Part shown: positions 12,881-26,153 of the stretch, piece by piece
How the letters are laid out: the number at the start of each line of letters is the position of its first letter
Numbering within the stretch: position 1 is the stretch's first letter
Assembly: GCF_006345805.1 (NCBI RefSeq)
Contig: NW_021833892.1
Coordinates: 124,001 to 188,000, forward strand
Length of the DNA stretch: 64,000 bases
Direction of reading: 5' to 3'
Source: Octopus sinensis
Lineage: Eukaryota
Made by a program: the position numbers and the translations under genes
Notes under the pieces: model-generated
What the model saw: only the letters and a program-made list of their open reading frames with translations
Told to the model about the DNA's origin: nothing
Database searches by the model: none

Positions 12881-14289
12881 AATAGTTCTAGTTTTTCAAA
12901 ATATTTTTTCTATTTTTATCATTCTTTACTGTAAAAATGTGTCTTTTGAACTAAAAGAAATCAGTTTGATTATTGTTTTATTGGATCTGAAGTGGCAGTT
13001 AAATTGAGAATTGTTTTAAAATTGTAAATAAAAGACAGAAATTTTATTTGTTTGTTAAAATTTGTTTTTTATTTATCACTGGTATTAATAGAGTTATTTG
13101 AAATTCCAAAGAAATTGAAATCTGTAAGAAATTTATGTAATTGTATAATTTTTGAAGAGGTAATATTATAATAAAGATGTCACTTTAACGATTTATTGTG
13201 GTCAAATAGTTTCATAATATCCTGTAATGTGGAAGTAATTAATTAAATGAGTGTCACGCGGATATACTGAAACGTTAATTACGTTATTTTAATTTAAGAA
13301 AATTCATTTATATGTTCAATTAACGTTTTTAGATTATTCTCAACATGAGATTTGCTAATGTAATCAACGATTTGAATTAATACAAAAATGTTCTGCAATT
13401 TTGCGAAATAATATTATTTCGTGGTATTTAAAAGTTTGCAAATAATAAGATTTTTAGAAAAATCCACGAACTTTCGCTTACTTGAAGATAATTTGCTATC
13501 TAATGTTAGGGATGCTTTATCAAAACGATGTAAGCTGAGATAGTATTACCTTTTTTAGCAAAAAATTGCTAAACGACAAGTAACTAGTTAGTATTCTGAG
13601 TGCAAGCAAGTTGATCCGTATCAGTGATAAATAAATTTTTAAGGAATAAATAAAATAGAAATGCAATAAAAATTTCAGTGTATCTTGATTTCATTAACAA
13701 AGAATCAATAAGATTCAGTATGTGCACAAAAAACAAATCAAATCATATAAAAATTCACTATTCACTGTTAATAATGTTTATTAATTTTTATATTTGTTTT
13801 CAAATCGATTTGTTTGGTTAAAAAAGATTTGAAGACCAAATAAACATAAAAATAGTGAGTAGTGATAAATAATTTGAATAAATAAACTTGAAATTTAATA
13901 TAATTTTCTTCAAAAAGATTTGTTTGGATACAAAAAATGATACATATACTAAATAAATAAAATATAAGTTCAATAAAATGTTCAGGTTCTTGAAATACAT
14001 TTAATATTAAAACGTATTCTTTTCCATTTTGCAACCCCTAAAAGTTGTCGGTCCGTAACGAAAATAAAGCTTTTTATACTAATTCCAGCTAATTAGAAAA
14101 TAACGTGAATCATGCTAATTTAATTAGGGAGTGTTTCACGCCCAGCGGGATTTTAATAATCTTGAAATTATCAATTTAAAAAAATTCCAATATTACTGAT
14201 TTGAGGAAACAAGTTAAGTTCCTCTAAAATCCAGTTAAGTTCCTCTAAATCCAATTAATTCAGTTAGATAATTAATAGTCAGTTTCCGT

Positions 14290-14790
14290 TTTCGTTATTT
14301 GTAGTGTTTTATTCCATCAACCTCACCTTCTTAGGGCCCATGTTCAGTGCACGGATGGGCAGATTCATCTCAACGCGCAGTCTAGATTCAGGGGCTACCT
14401 CTTCAGCAGGCCTTATCTCGGCTTGCATGCTTTCTAAGGTCTTCCGCAACACCAGTGTCTGAATGTATGCCTTCACCCTGTCCTTCACGCCAAGTCTTAT
14501 TTGTGGAACTTTTCCACTTCAACCTGCTTGAGACAATTTTATGAAGTGATCCCCACCTCGATAAGAGTAATTGTGTTGCTCAGTTTGTCATGAACAAATA
14601 TGTTGGCTTGTTATTCGGGATTGCATTATCAGTCGGGAGGCTTTCATCGACTCGGATTTCCACAAATTCATTGGTGATAACAGATTGGACTGAATGAGTT
14701 TTTAATTTTTTGACTTTTTAATTCCATATTGGAGACATAGATGTAAATGCAAGCATTTGACGACTTCGTTATGGCGTATAAAGTAGTTCC
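14290..14790 (-). mobile_element. 3' fragment of an R4/Dong-like REL retroelement
   Basis: RHNEVVKCLHLHLCLQYG, LIEVGITS, KQVEVEK, VKAYIQTLVLRKTLESM; homologous to 23760-24230. Confidence 0.85.
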
Positions 14791-15060
14791 TCTAACATTA
14801 TAGAATTCAATAAGATAAAAAATGTAGAAACGTGAATTGTGTTAATTTCTTGATTAGTGCGAATTAACGTCATATAGTGATTTCGATTTACCAAATCTTT
14901 TCCAATTAATTTTTTTAACTTTATAGCTGATTTTTTTCAAATTCGAATTATGCCTTAATACAATTTTAAGGAATCAAAATTATTATTAACTTTGAAAGTT
15001 TGTGATATATAATATTTTTTCCAAATTTTGACTTTAAGTAGGGTTTGGTGAATATTGGTA

Positions 15061-16491
15061 CAGTCCGACCTTGAATTGGAACACTAAGTGTTCAAAAAAT
15101 GAGGTTTTGTCAAAAAATTAATATCAATATAAATTTAATCAGATTATCAGAAACAACAAATATTTCATTGCCGAAGTATTATCCAAACAATTTGTAATTA
15201 TTTCGGAGGATACATTTTGCCACGATTTCGATACTATTATCAATGATTGGCGTAAATTAATTTTTTTAAGTAAGTCGCAGTAAAAATCTTCTTCATCTAT
15301 ACAACAAATAAATTCAATTAACGCCTTCGAATAATTATCTTTAAAAGCTTTGATTATCCCATTATCCAATGGTTGAGAATTGAAGTGTATTTTTGGGTAA
15401 AAACAGCAATTCGATATTTGAGAGCGATTTATTTTCATGACACCAAGCGTTATCAAGAATTATTGAAATTTTTCGTCTTTCCATTTTCATTCGTCATTCA
15501 CTAAGAATAACCATTGAATAAAAATATCTCTTGTCATCCAGGCATTTTTGGAAGATGAGTACATAGCACCATAATCCTCAGGGTTAAAATTTCTGAAACA
15601 TCTGGGATTTTTAAATTTCCCGATTATTAAAGGATCAATTTTTGGCCTCAATAACTGCAGCAAAAGAGAAAAGAAATTTTTTCCTTATTTATTTTAGACC
15701 CTGACGCTTTTTTATTTTTTTTGTACGAATGATTTTTTTGGGGTCTTTTTTATAAAAGACAAGTTTCATCAATGTTAAAGATATTATTTTTTTCCAAATT
15801 GATCAATTTTTTCATGGAAAACTTTTAAAAGATTGAATTCCATCACGATTACATGAGTTTTTTCGCTGCTAAGGATTTTTGATTTGAGTTCATGTCTTTT
15901 TTAAAAATTCATTAACCAACCATCGATGCTTTAAAGCTTGTAATGTTCAATTTACGCGCAATTTTCAAACCTTAAAACAATCTGAGAAAAGTAAAATTAT
16001 CAATTTTTTTGATAAGAGGACCTGAAACTTGAATATTTTGGAGCCGTAATTGTTTAAGAACGTCGAGAACTTTACTATCCAATGTTTTAAAAATATCGTC
16101 AGTTTTTGTTTCAGTCCGAAAATTTGGAATAATGTTCCCAACAGGTTATTTGCGGCGTAATCGTTTTTTTATTCGAGCAATTGTGCCAATGCTCGTTTCA
16201 TATTTTTGAGCAAGTACTCTGTGTGAATGACTTTTAGTTGTCGAGCAATTTCAACCTTTTTCTCGTAACTGAGACCCATAATGATTTAGCGTGGAGTTTT
16301 TTTTAATCCAAATTAATTAATTTTTTTAATGACTAGAAATAAATAATAACAAATTTGTTCCAAATCGAGGTTTTCATTTAAAAGGAATTATTTATTCTAG
16401 CAGAGATCCTACAAAGTGTTCCAAAAACTGAGGTTGTTCCAAAAACTGAGGTGTTCCAGCCCCGGGTCTGTTCCAAATCGAGGTCGGACTG
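15061..16491 (-). mobile_element. Tigger/pogo DNA transposon, both TIRs present, transposase degraded
   Basis: 23-bp TIRs cagtccgaccttgaattggaaca (15061-15083) and tgttccaaatcgaggtcggactg (16469-16491), 21/23 match, TA flanks. HTH LSYEKKVEIARQL; DDE_1 motifs NIDETCLF, WMT, QPLDNGIIKAFK. Confidence 0.9.
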
Positions 16492-17429
16492 TAGTGAGAT
16501 TTAATAAATTGACAGATTTTCTTTTCAATTTTCAAAGAAATTAAATTTGATATTAGAAAATTAAAATTATTTCTATTATTACAGTTAGAGAGCTAAGAAA
16601 TTTGCTCAAAACGAAAAAGAATAAATTAATACAACAATCAATTTAAATAGTTTATTAATTTAATTTCTAACCTTTACCACGAAAATTTATAATTTCTTTA
16701 TGAATGTTACAATTTTGAAGAGTTTTAAAGATGGAGATGGAGATAGAATAGAACTAAATGTAAAAAAGCTTTCAGGGATTTGACCTATTATGCTGCACAT
16801 GTTTTTCATTACCGATGAGATTGCATAATGCAACTCAATTTTAATTAGTTAATTTAAAACTTATTAATTAGCATGTTACCAGCTGGAAATTAATATCGAT
16901 CTTTAAGAGGAAGTAAAAACTAAGGCCATTCATTTATAATTTGTCTCCAAATCAGTTATGACTCATTTTCCTCATTTTCCATATTATCTTTATACGAATG
17001 ACTTATTTCAATTATGAGGCTAGTGTCTGAATTTATATTCAGTAATTTTGATCACATCTCTGTGCTCGATCATCATACTCTCCAGTGTTTTATTCAACAC
17101 GACTGCCTGTCTGAGTTCCTTATTCGACTGACGAGTTTCCAATATAAAGTAAAACCCTTATAAACCGACTCTTTGGTGTATTAGAATTTTCTTAAAGCCA
17201 GACTAAGCGTCTGGTCCCGATTTACATTATAGGCCTCATAGGCTATTACCAATACTTATTTTTAATATACCGGATGACTCTATTCAGAATACAGGCCGTA
17301 TTTGTGATCCCAACTTGAATTTTCTTTTATCATAAACTAGTCTTCTGACATCAATCTTTGATCTAATCTTATTAATTGTATTTAATCTTGAATTGCGAAG
17401 AACGATAAGGCAAAGAACTCTGTAGAAAA

Positions 17430-17880
17430 TGAAAAACTAAAAGATGATGGCTCACAAAAAGAACGATCACGTTGCGAATTGTCTTTAAAGAAGAAAATTC
17501 AAATAATAAATGAATTGAATCAAACATCTAACAAAGACAGAAATTTCTCAGCAAGAATGAATTGGATGCACTAGTTAAAAGGCTGATATTTAATTTGAGT
17601 ATATGATATAAAGAACAATCCTGAGAACAATACTGTGCATATCCCAAACAAATAGACTAATGGATAATCCAATGACAGAAAAATTTGTAAACTTAGACTT
17701 TGAACTACCCACTGAAAATCCCAAAGGTTAGAAATCATCCCTAGTTGAGAAATACCAAACAGTCTCAGCTTCTGAAGAATGACAGTGAATCAGATTCTGA
17801 ACAAAAACATATAAGCAAACAGAGCCAAAATATTTATAAAATTAAAACGCACAAATGTTCAACAAATTCTAGAACAAGTC
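17430..17880 (+). mobile_element. Possible internally deleted Tigger-type transposase remnant
   Basis: RSRCELSLKKKIQIINEL resembles a psq-type HTH; EKFVNLDFELPTE..DSESDSE resembles the acidic Tigger C-terminus. No TIRs found. Confidence 0.35.
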
Positions 17881-18633
17881 TGCCACTCTGATTCACTTAA
17901 GACCTTGCATTACTCGATCCTGTCAACAGATTGGTAAACCAAATGGTTGAGAATTCGTCCCTGACTGTTATGTTCAGTATCGACGGAAAACCAATAGACC
18001 CAAGAGCCTTTTTTACTGTCATTAAAAGACGAGTTCGAAGGTTTTCCCTTACGCTTTTGACAGAGAGACCATCGGTTCGCTAACGTAAAATTGCTTTCAA
18101 CAATGGTAGCGAAAAATGACACATTTGTATACCAAACATTAAACAAACACTGGTCCGAACTAATTCGTGTCTAGTTTTTTGCTTAATTAACTATCATATG
18201 GAAAGCCAGTAATTATTGGAAAGACATCTACAGACAGACATCTAGTAATTATTGTATTAATAGTAGCTTCCAAAGATCCCGAGCACTGTTCTCTGAAAAG
18301 TCAGGCAATGAAGATGAAGAAAGTAAACCTGACGTCATATTTTAATGAGACACGGTTCTGACTATCCAAAATTCAATTCTTATAAGTTAATTGTACGAAT
18401 GAAGCTGAAATTAATTGTTCGAGTTTTTCTTATTTTTTATGTGTGCTGAAATTTTTTGCCATAAAAAATGATTTTAATTTCAAATTAACTACTTAGTTCC
18501 ACATTTTGATGTTAGTTCCTACCTATATTGATTAACTATTTTTTTTGATATTTCCCAAAAATAATTTTAAAGAACTAACTACAAAAATTAGTCTAAAATA
18601 ACCAAATAAAGAATTTTTTAAGGAACGAAAACA

Positions 18634-19065
18634 TTATTCGCATCGATAAACAATTTCGTATTTGGCTCGTTCTTTTTTGGTTAATTTTTTGGACGGTTTT
18701 TCAAGTTCAAAAACGAAATTTGTGATAAAAGTCTGATCGTTTAAATAGAATTCGAAGCGACCATAGAATTCATTGAATACTGGGACAGTCTAATGAATAT
18801 ATACATTACAGTGAAATTACATTATAGAATTGTTTGAATTCTTTATAATTGATGAATCGACGAAATTTAGGATCTTCGGGATTTACTTTCCAGAAATTTC
18901 CTTCTTCAAAATCGAAGAATAAAAAATGATATTTTCTCTTTTCTATATCTGGCATGTAGGCAGTACTAAAAGCCACACAGGTAGCTAGTAAGTTTTATTA
19001 TGTAAATATACAAGTACTGAACAATCGTCAGGATTGCTTGAAGCAGAATACATATGATCAACCAT
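18634..19065 (-). CDS. Unidentified small 3-exon gene, ~120 aa, absent from the ORF track
   Basis: Exons 19065-19023, 18984-18821 and 18789-18634 joined by GT-AG introns of 38 and 31 nt give MVDHMYSASSNPDDSTCVAFSTAYMPDIEKRKYHFLFFDFEEGNFWKVNPEDPKFRRFINYKEFKQFYNTVPVFNEFYGRFEFYLNDQTFITNFVFELEKPSKKLTKKERAKYEIVYRCE*. The first exon is uncertain. Confidence 0.5.
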
Positions 19066-19208
19066 TTTAACGGCTGCTGGTATAATGTATTTTTATTAAT
19101 AAAAATAGGCTGTCCAAATTAAAATAAATTATGATAAATAAAAACTCATAATAATATATAAAAATTGTTAAAATTTATAATTAATTAAAATAGTTTGATT
19201 ATCTAAAT

Positions 19209-20096
19209 CAGCGGTTCTCAACCGTGGTCCCCAGAAAATTTTTAGTGGTCCCAGGAATTTCAAAAATAAAAAAATATTAAAAGTTAAAACTAATTGTACA
19301 ATTAAGTATAAATCAAAACATTGAAATTAATCAAGCGGTTCTCAATCGTGGTCCCCAGAAAATTTTTAGTGGTCCCAGGAATTTTCGAAAAATAACAATA
19401 TATTAATTTAAAAACTAATGTACAATTAAGTATAAATCAAAACATTGAAATTAATCTGATTTGATTAGCGTGGTTTATCATCTCTAGTTATGGTTAACAA
19501 GAATCGTCGTCTTTGGTCGGATTCTTACGTACAATTGGATTCACTAAATTCATTGCCCAAATAATGAAATAAAGGCAAAATGCATGATTTGCCATAAAAT
19601 TTTGGGAAACAATTCACTGAAACCTTCTCAACTTAGGCGCCACAAAGAGTCTGTACACCCAGAAAATTCTTCCTCACATGAATATTTTAAAGTCAAAAGA
19701 ACGAAGTTTGATTCACAGCCAAAGCTTGAGTGGTTTAATAAATTTCAAGATAAACCGAGATTAGAAGCATCATATGCTGTAATTTTAATTTATATCTAAA
19801 ACTACGGGTACAAGATGATATGCGAGTAGCTTTGTCGAACATAGAGCCTGATATAAATAAAATTATTCTGAGCAAACAAGATCAGAAATCTCACTAAATT
19901 ACTATTAAATTTTCCGTTATTTTCATAATGTTCATGTTATTTTTATAATAAATATTCGAACATGTCTAAACCTGGCCCTGACGAGGCCAAAAATTGTGCG
20001 CTAATACTAAAAAATGTTTATTTTATTTAAGGTGGTCCCCACAAAATTTTATAGTGCAAAAGTGGTCCCCAGTCTAAAAAAGGTTGAGAACCGCTG
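19209..20096 (+). mobile_element. Non-autonomous hAT (Charlie/Buster-like) element, internally deleted, left end tandemly duplicated
   Basis: TIRs cagcggttctcaacc / ggttgagaaccgctg; 8-bp TSD atctaaat (19201-19208, 20097-20104). BED finger CMICHKILGNNSLKPSQLRRH is joined to the C-terminal DDMRVALSNIEPDI. 124-bp duplication at 19209-19332 / 19333-19456. Confidence 0.93.
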
Positions 20097-20649
20097 ATCT
20101 AAATTATCTAAATTTTAGTTTTTTGAACGTTTAGTTTAAAGTTGTAATTTATTATGTCGCGAGCGCAGCGCGCGACCGAGCGCTAGACGCGACTTTGACA
20201 GCTAACAAGCCTGTCATCAACAATATATTTATTAAATTATTTAAAATTTTAACATGATTTAAAATTAAATTGAAATAACTTAAGTTTTCCATTGAATCCC
20301 ATAAAAAATTTATAAGTAGACCTTAATAGAAAAAGTAAAATCAATGAATACTGAACGCTAATTGGTTTAGGTTGTGAGGGGGGTAATAATTTACAGATCT
20401 CATTGCTATTTTTTTCGTTTTAATCTCTAATTAGGTCTTCTAATCAAAAATGAACTGTGCAGACAGGCTTGCTCCTTCAGAAGATTCTGTTTTGACATTT
20501 TAATAAATTATGAAGCATTAGATTTTTTCTCATTATTCTAAAATATCCATTATAAATTTTAAAATATTATTTTGATTTATGAAATCGGTTTTAAAGCTCA
20601 TTCTGCTTTGGCATCGATTTTAAATTTTGTTATCGAATATATTTAAACC

Positions 20650-23600
20650 CAAATACCAGCCGTAGAGCTCGACTGTCCTTGCAGTCGTCTCGTTTAACCT
20701 CGTCCAACCTTTTCACTAAGTCTCTGATTTGCTTACAAAAAACTTTCCATTCAATTCCTCGTATTTGTCAATTTATAGATTGTTGATTGATCGGAATCTA
20801 GAAATTGAGTGGCGCTCCTGCGCTCACATTGACATATTAAATAAATTAATATATATAATGAATTAGTTGTTATGGTGTTGGCATGTAGTTTTGTGGTGTT
20901 GTGCATGTCCGTTCCTAATGATATGAGGAAATCGAATCCTAGGGCCTTCCTGCGAAAAAGGATAAAAATAACATAACAAGTGCAGGAGTGTCGTCTCTGG
21001 GGCTGGATAACAGCACAAGGACTAGTATTCATGACAATCCAATTGCTGGGAATCCTACTATCCCAACTAACTTGCATTCCCTTTCGGCCATTATCGATGA
21101 TGCTATTTGTGTTTCTGAAGCTGAGTGGGTGTCTCAGATTGTTTATGCCACGAAGCAAAGAATTGGGAGGATACCAAGAGGTGGATGGAACCTTATCCGT
21201 GAGAAGTTTAATTAACAAATTCTCGAAGAGTGCAAGTCTCAGTCAACTCAAAGGAATGGTTAAACCAATGAGAGTGGATAATAATTATGGAAGCAATTGC
21301 CATCAGAAGCAATTTCTTGAGAGCTCAGAAATTTCCACTTTTAGAAAGTGTCTAGAAGAGTTGAATATACAAATTAAGAATATTGAATCGATTCCAAGGG
21401 ATTCACGTAAACCAACTCCAAAAATTCAAAATAAATATTTGAAAACTGATATATTGACAGGATTGAATTCGGCGATATATTATATTACGAAAGATAATCA
21501 TCCTAATGATATCAATAGCATTTCTGATATTCTATATGCTGCTCAATGTGCGTATTTATCTCTAACCATGAGAGACAAAGCACAGAGCACATGGGTAGAA
21601 AATATTGAAAAGAAAATTTCAAAATTATCTGCAGAATTGGAAATTGTTAATTCCCATTCCAATCAAACACTACCTCCATCTGAAAAGCAAAAGGTAATGG
21701 ATGTTCTCTGTCGCTATGGGTATAAGAAAACTAAGAAAGGTGAGCTGTCGAGGATTCAGATATTATTGCAAGACCTGATTAGGATTAACAATAAGAAAAT
21801 AGAAGTTCATAATTCAAGGAAGCAATTTCGTAAGGATAATCAGTGCTTTGAATTAAATCGAAAAGATTCTATCGAGACTTAACAAAGAAAGAGGAAGTGA
21901 CGCTGTATGGATTTGATGATGAAGAATGTGTCTCTTTTTGGCAAAAAGTCTGGAGCGAGAGAAATGAGAGGCCTCAATCTTATGACGTTGTTGGAAAACG
22001 AACTACTTGTGCTGAACATATGCTTCCAGAGTTTACGGAAGAGTTTTTTGGAAATGTTATTAAGTATCTTCCTGACTGGAAGGCATGTGGATGTGATGGG
22101 ATATATAACTTTTTCATTAAGAAGATGGAGTCATTACATGGATTTCTGTGTCACGAGATAACCCGAATAATTAATGGAGAGTACATGCCTGAAAGTTGGT
22201 TTTACACTGGAATAACATATTTGATTCCTAAAAAAGATGATTGTGAGACCCCGAAGGACTTACGTCCTATAACGTGTATGCCGACATTGTATAAACTTGT
22301 CACCAAATGTGTTAATGTAAAACTGGCTGATTTTGTCGAGGCATTTGGCCTAATTTCAGACAACCAACTTGGAACGAGGAAGTATTGTCAAGGCGCCAAG
22401 GAGCAAGCTCTCATTAACCAATGTTTGAACAAGGAGTACGGGAATGGCCTTTATTCTGCTTGGGTCGATGTGAAAAAAAGCATATGACTCAGTTGATCAT
22501 GATTTTTTGTTTCACGTTTTGGATTGTTCTGGAATCCCGCTTTGGATCGTAAACTTTGTGAAGAGCGTAGTTAAGAAGTGGGCAGTAAAGCTGCATATGG
22601 AAGGTAGAAGAATTGGATCAGTGAAGTTAAACCGAGGAATTTTACAGGGAGACTCATTGTCTCCTTTACTATTTGTTATGGTATTAGATCCTCTAAGCAG
22701 GATCCTTAATTCCGTGTTTCCAAAACTTGAAATTAACCAGGAAGATCCCAATATGTTAACATATTCTACTAATCATTTGCTATTTATTGACGATCTAAAA
22801 ATCTAAAATATTTGCTCTCAAACAAGACACTTTACTCAAAATGATGGAAGCTGTTAACGGATTTTTTAAAATTGTTGGTTTGGAGATGAATTCAGAAAAA
22901 TCAGCGTCTAATTTGGAATCATTATCATGTTGTAAGACTATTGACGGAATCAATGGATATCGGTATTTGGGTGTACTTGAAGATGGTGGAAGCAATGTTC
23001 TTAAGAATAGAGTTATGGACTCTATCTTTGAGAATGTTAAGAAGAGGATAACTATGCTATCGAAAACAAAACTCAACTCTGTGAATCTGTTTCGTGCTAT
23101 AAATGAATATGCATTGTCACTATATAATTATTATATTGGGCTAATCAATATTGAACCTTCTGAATTTGATGATATTGACAGACAAATACGGCAATTGCTT
23201 ACGTCGCTCAGATTACATCTCAAACCTGCAAATAAAGAGAGACTGTATTTAAACCGGAAGGCTCTTGGAAGAGGGCTTTCATCAGTTACTTTCAAAAGTG
23301 AACTAATGCTCTTTCAGTTCCTTACGAGTCTGGAAAATATGTCAACTATATGCTTACGGAGGGCGGGGATTCTGCGTGTAATTAAAATGAATAAATGGCA
23401 TTTGGCTATGATCGCAGGATTTCTATCCTCCAAATATGCAATTATTGATAAGAAGAGTATTACTATGGAGTCTCTAAAGTCCAGTCAGATACAATATTTA
23501 CAAAAGAAAATTAGTTCTAAAGCACTACATTCTGTGCTTTTCAAATGTGTGGATGAACCTAATGTTGATTTACCTGCATCCTCAGAATGGCTATCTAATG

Positions 23601-24480
23601 GAAATAATGGGCCACGAAGCGAAGCATTGTATTGTCTTTTGCAAGATCGAAACTTGTTCTTTGCATCCGCTGACTCATTATGCAATCATTGTAAGAAAAG
23701 CAAGAAAACTGTTGACCACATGGCTACTCAGTGTGGTAAAATGCTCAACAGTGATTATCTCCGGAGACACAACGAAGTTGTGAAGTGTATTCACCTTAAC
23801 TTGTGCCGAATGTATGGACTCAAAAAAGCAAGACGATTGAAGGGACATTCTGTTCAGTCAACACTGTCGACGGGAAAAGTTGAAATCAGGGTTGATTCTA
23901 CAATCCTCACCGAAACAAAAGTAGAATATAACAAGCCAGATATCTTTGTCCACGACAAAGTCAGAAACGAAATAAATCTAATTGAAGTGGGTATTACTTC
24001 ACAGGATCGCCTCAAGCAAGTGGAGGTTGAAAAGTGTCACAAGTATGACCTATTGGCAAGTGAGCTTTCGCTTCTGTATAGCTGTCAAGTAAAAATAATT
24101 CCTGTGGTTATGACATGGGATGGAGTTGTCTCGAAATGCTTCAAAAATTATATGAAGAAATATCTATTGAAGCAGGAACGAGGACATACATCCAATCCGT
24201 TGTACTGAAAAGAACGCTCGAGAGTATGATGATCGAACACAAGCACGGAATGAAGGTATCTGGTGAAGAATACGCTTCTGCTTCCAACCGGTATGTGGAG
24301 ATGGCATGCAAAAATGAAGACGACCCAATGAATGCTAAAGAAGATGCAATGGTTGAATCAGATGTGGTAGTGGGGAGTAAGAGGCAGCTGGAAGTAGACT
24401 CTTCTTCCAAGAGAAGGAGTGGATATCAGCGAGCTGGAGTGAGATCTGCTTAGTTTCTGATTAACTATTAAGTTATTATT
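20650..24480 (+). mobile_element. Near full-length R4/Dong-like non-LTR retrotransposon (RT, CCHC finger, restriction-like endonuclease) with about five frameshifts
   Basis: ORFs 20988, 20980, 21897, 22507, 22841 and 24115 join into one protein: PDWKACGCDG, LRPITCMPTLYK, WVDVKKAYDSVDH, GILQGDSLSPLLF, LLFIDDLK, YRYLG, CNHC..TVDHMATQC..RHNEVV, KPDIFVHD..LIEVGITS..EKCHKYDLL. Termini approximate. Confidence 0.93.
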
Positions 24481-24512
24481 TTTAAAACGGCTTAACCAAA
24501 TATAGTGAATTA

Positions 24513-26153
24513 CAGTAACTATCATTTAACAGAAAAAGTTAACAAAATTATTCATTTTCTACGAAAGTCAAAATATGTTTTTTACGTTTTTTCCTTAGAT
24601 AAATTCAAAAATAAAATTTTTTTTTCTTTGCATTAGTGAATATTTAAGTATTTAACGAATATTTTAAAACGAAATTAAAATTTTTGTGATAAAATTTTAA
24701 AATAATTTTTTCCTCGCTATTTCTTTGTATAAACCATGTGTGCAAGGGGTGAACAATATGAAGAAAAAAAGAAAAACTTATCAAATTCAACAAAAACTGG
24801 AAGTTATTGATTTCAAGAAAAATAATCCTGCTGTTACTCAAGAAATTTGGCTCAGCGGTTTAATATGCCTATTGGAGTGATCAATTCAACGTTGAAGAAA
24901 ATGCAATTGTATGGATCAAGGCGTCACAAACAAAAAAAGAATGAAATGGTACGCGAAATGGCACTCAAAATTGCTCAACGATTTTATATTGAAAATTTTA
25001 AAGCATCTCACCCATGGATTTCACGCTTTAGGAGAGAGTATAAAATAAAAACACTCACGATTTCTGGAGAAGAACAATTAGTGGATCCCGTTTTGCCTAT
25101 AGATTCATATGAACGCTTTGCAGCCATGTTAAAAATATGGATCGAAAAATTTTTACAACTGTGATGAAACTGCCCTTTTTTTCAAATGTACTCCAAAAAA
25201 TACATTAGTCTTGACTCCGAATCAAGGGCTCAGGAAAATTTCTAAAGAACGATAATACTGTTATTATGCACAAATACTTCGACAAAGTACCGAATAATTG
25301 GGATTCAATATGCAAATAGCAATAAATCTTGGATGACCAGTTAATTTTTAAAAACTGGGTTGAACGGTTAAATTCCAAAATGAGTGTGGAAAATAGAAAG
25401 ATTTTGCTTTTTTAGATAATGCGCCAGTTCACTATTTTGATGGCGAATTCAGTAATATCGAATTGTATTTTCTTCCTCCAAAGACAACCTAAGATTCAAC
25501 TAATTGATCAAGGGATTGTGCATCATTTAATCGTTGTATAAAAAAGGAATGACTAGAAATTTGAGTATGGGAACAAAATATAGGAACATTGTCATATACA
25601 GATGAACTTACCAAATTCAAATTAGTGAATGCTCCCCTTTATTATTGAGGCTTGGAACGAAGTCACAGTGGACACTACCAAAAAGTGCGTTTAACAAGGC
25701 ATTAAATAATTGGGCGAAGATAGATGAAAAAATACTTGAAGAATCCACTGACGAAAAAGGTATTAAATTAAATCACCTACAATTAAAGATAATAAAAGTG
25801 AAATTATGATTGAGTTTCCTGTCTGGTGTACCTGTCTTCTGCGAAGAAAACGCGTATCTTGATACAATACAATGTGAGGAAGAAAATGAGCATGAAGAAA
25901 TAGATAGCACAAATGACAATCCCATTGGTTATGCAGATGCACTTAAATTTTGGAAAATATTGTGAAAAATATTTTTTGCAAGAATCTGGTGAATATTCAC
26001 CTAATTACAAAATTGAGAAATATATTGGCAAAAATTAAAAGAAGGAACCTAAAATTACCGATTACATGACACATTTTTAATTAAACAATTTTTTTCGTTA
26101 AATTCATTTAACGAATGCTCATTTTTCATTTTCGTTAAATGAATAGTCTACTG
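24513..26153 (+). mobile_element. Tigger/pogo DNA transposon, degraded
   Basis: Imperfect TIRs (TA)cagtaactatcatttaacagaaaa / ttttcgttaaatgaatagtctactg(TA). CENP-B HTH FKASHPWISRFRREY; NCDETALFFK, WMT, LDNAPVH, DQGI. Confidence 0.85.

Noticed and set aside
13768-14034. AT-rich ORFs 13768-14034, 13818-14000, 12681-13007, 24644-24841
   Set aside because: Low-complexity F/I/K/L/N-rich translations typical of non-coding AT-rich DNA.
14211-14252. ~20-bp tandem duplication agttaagttcctctaaa(a)tcc
   Set aside because: Only two units, beside a retroelement 3' end; not a CRISPR or satellite array.
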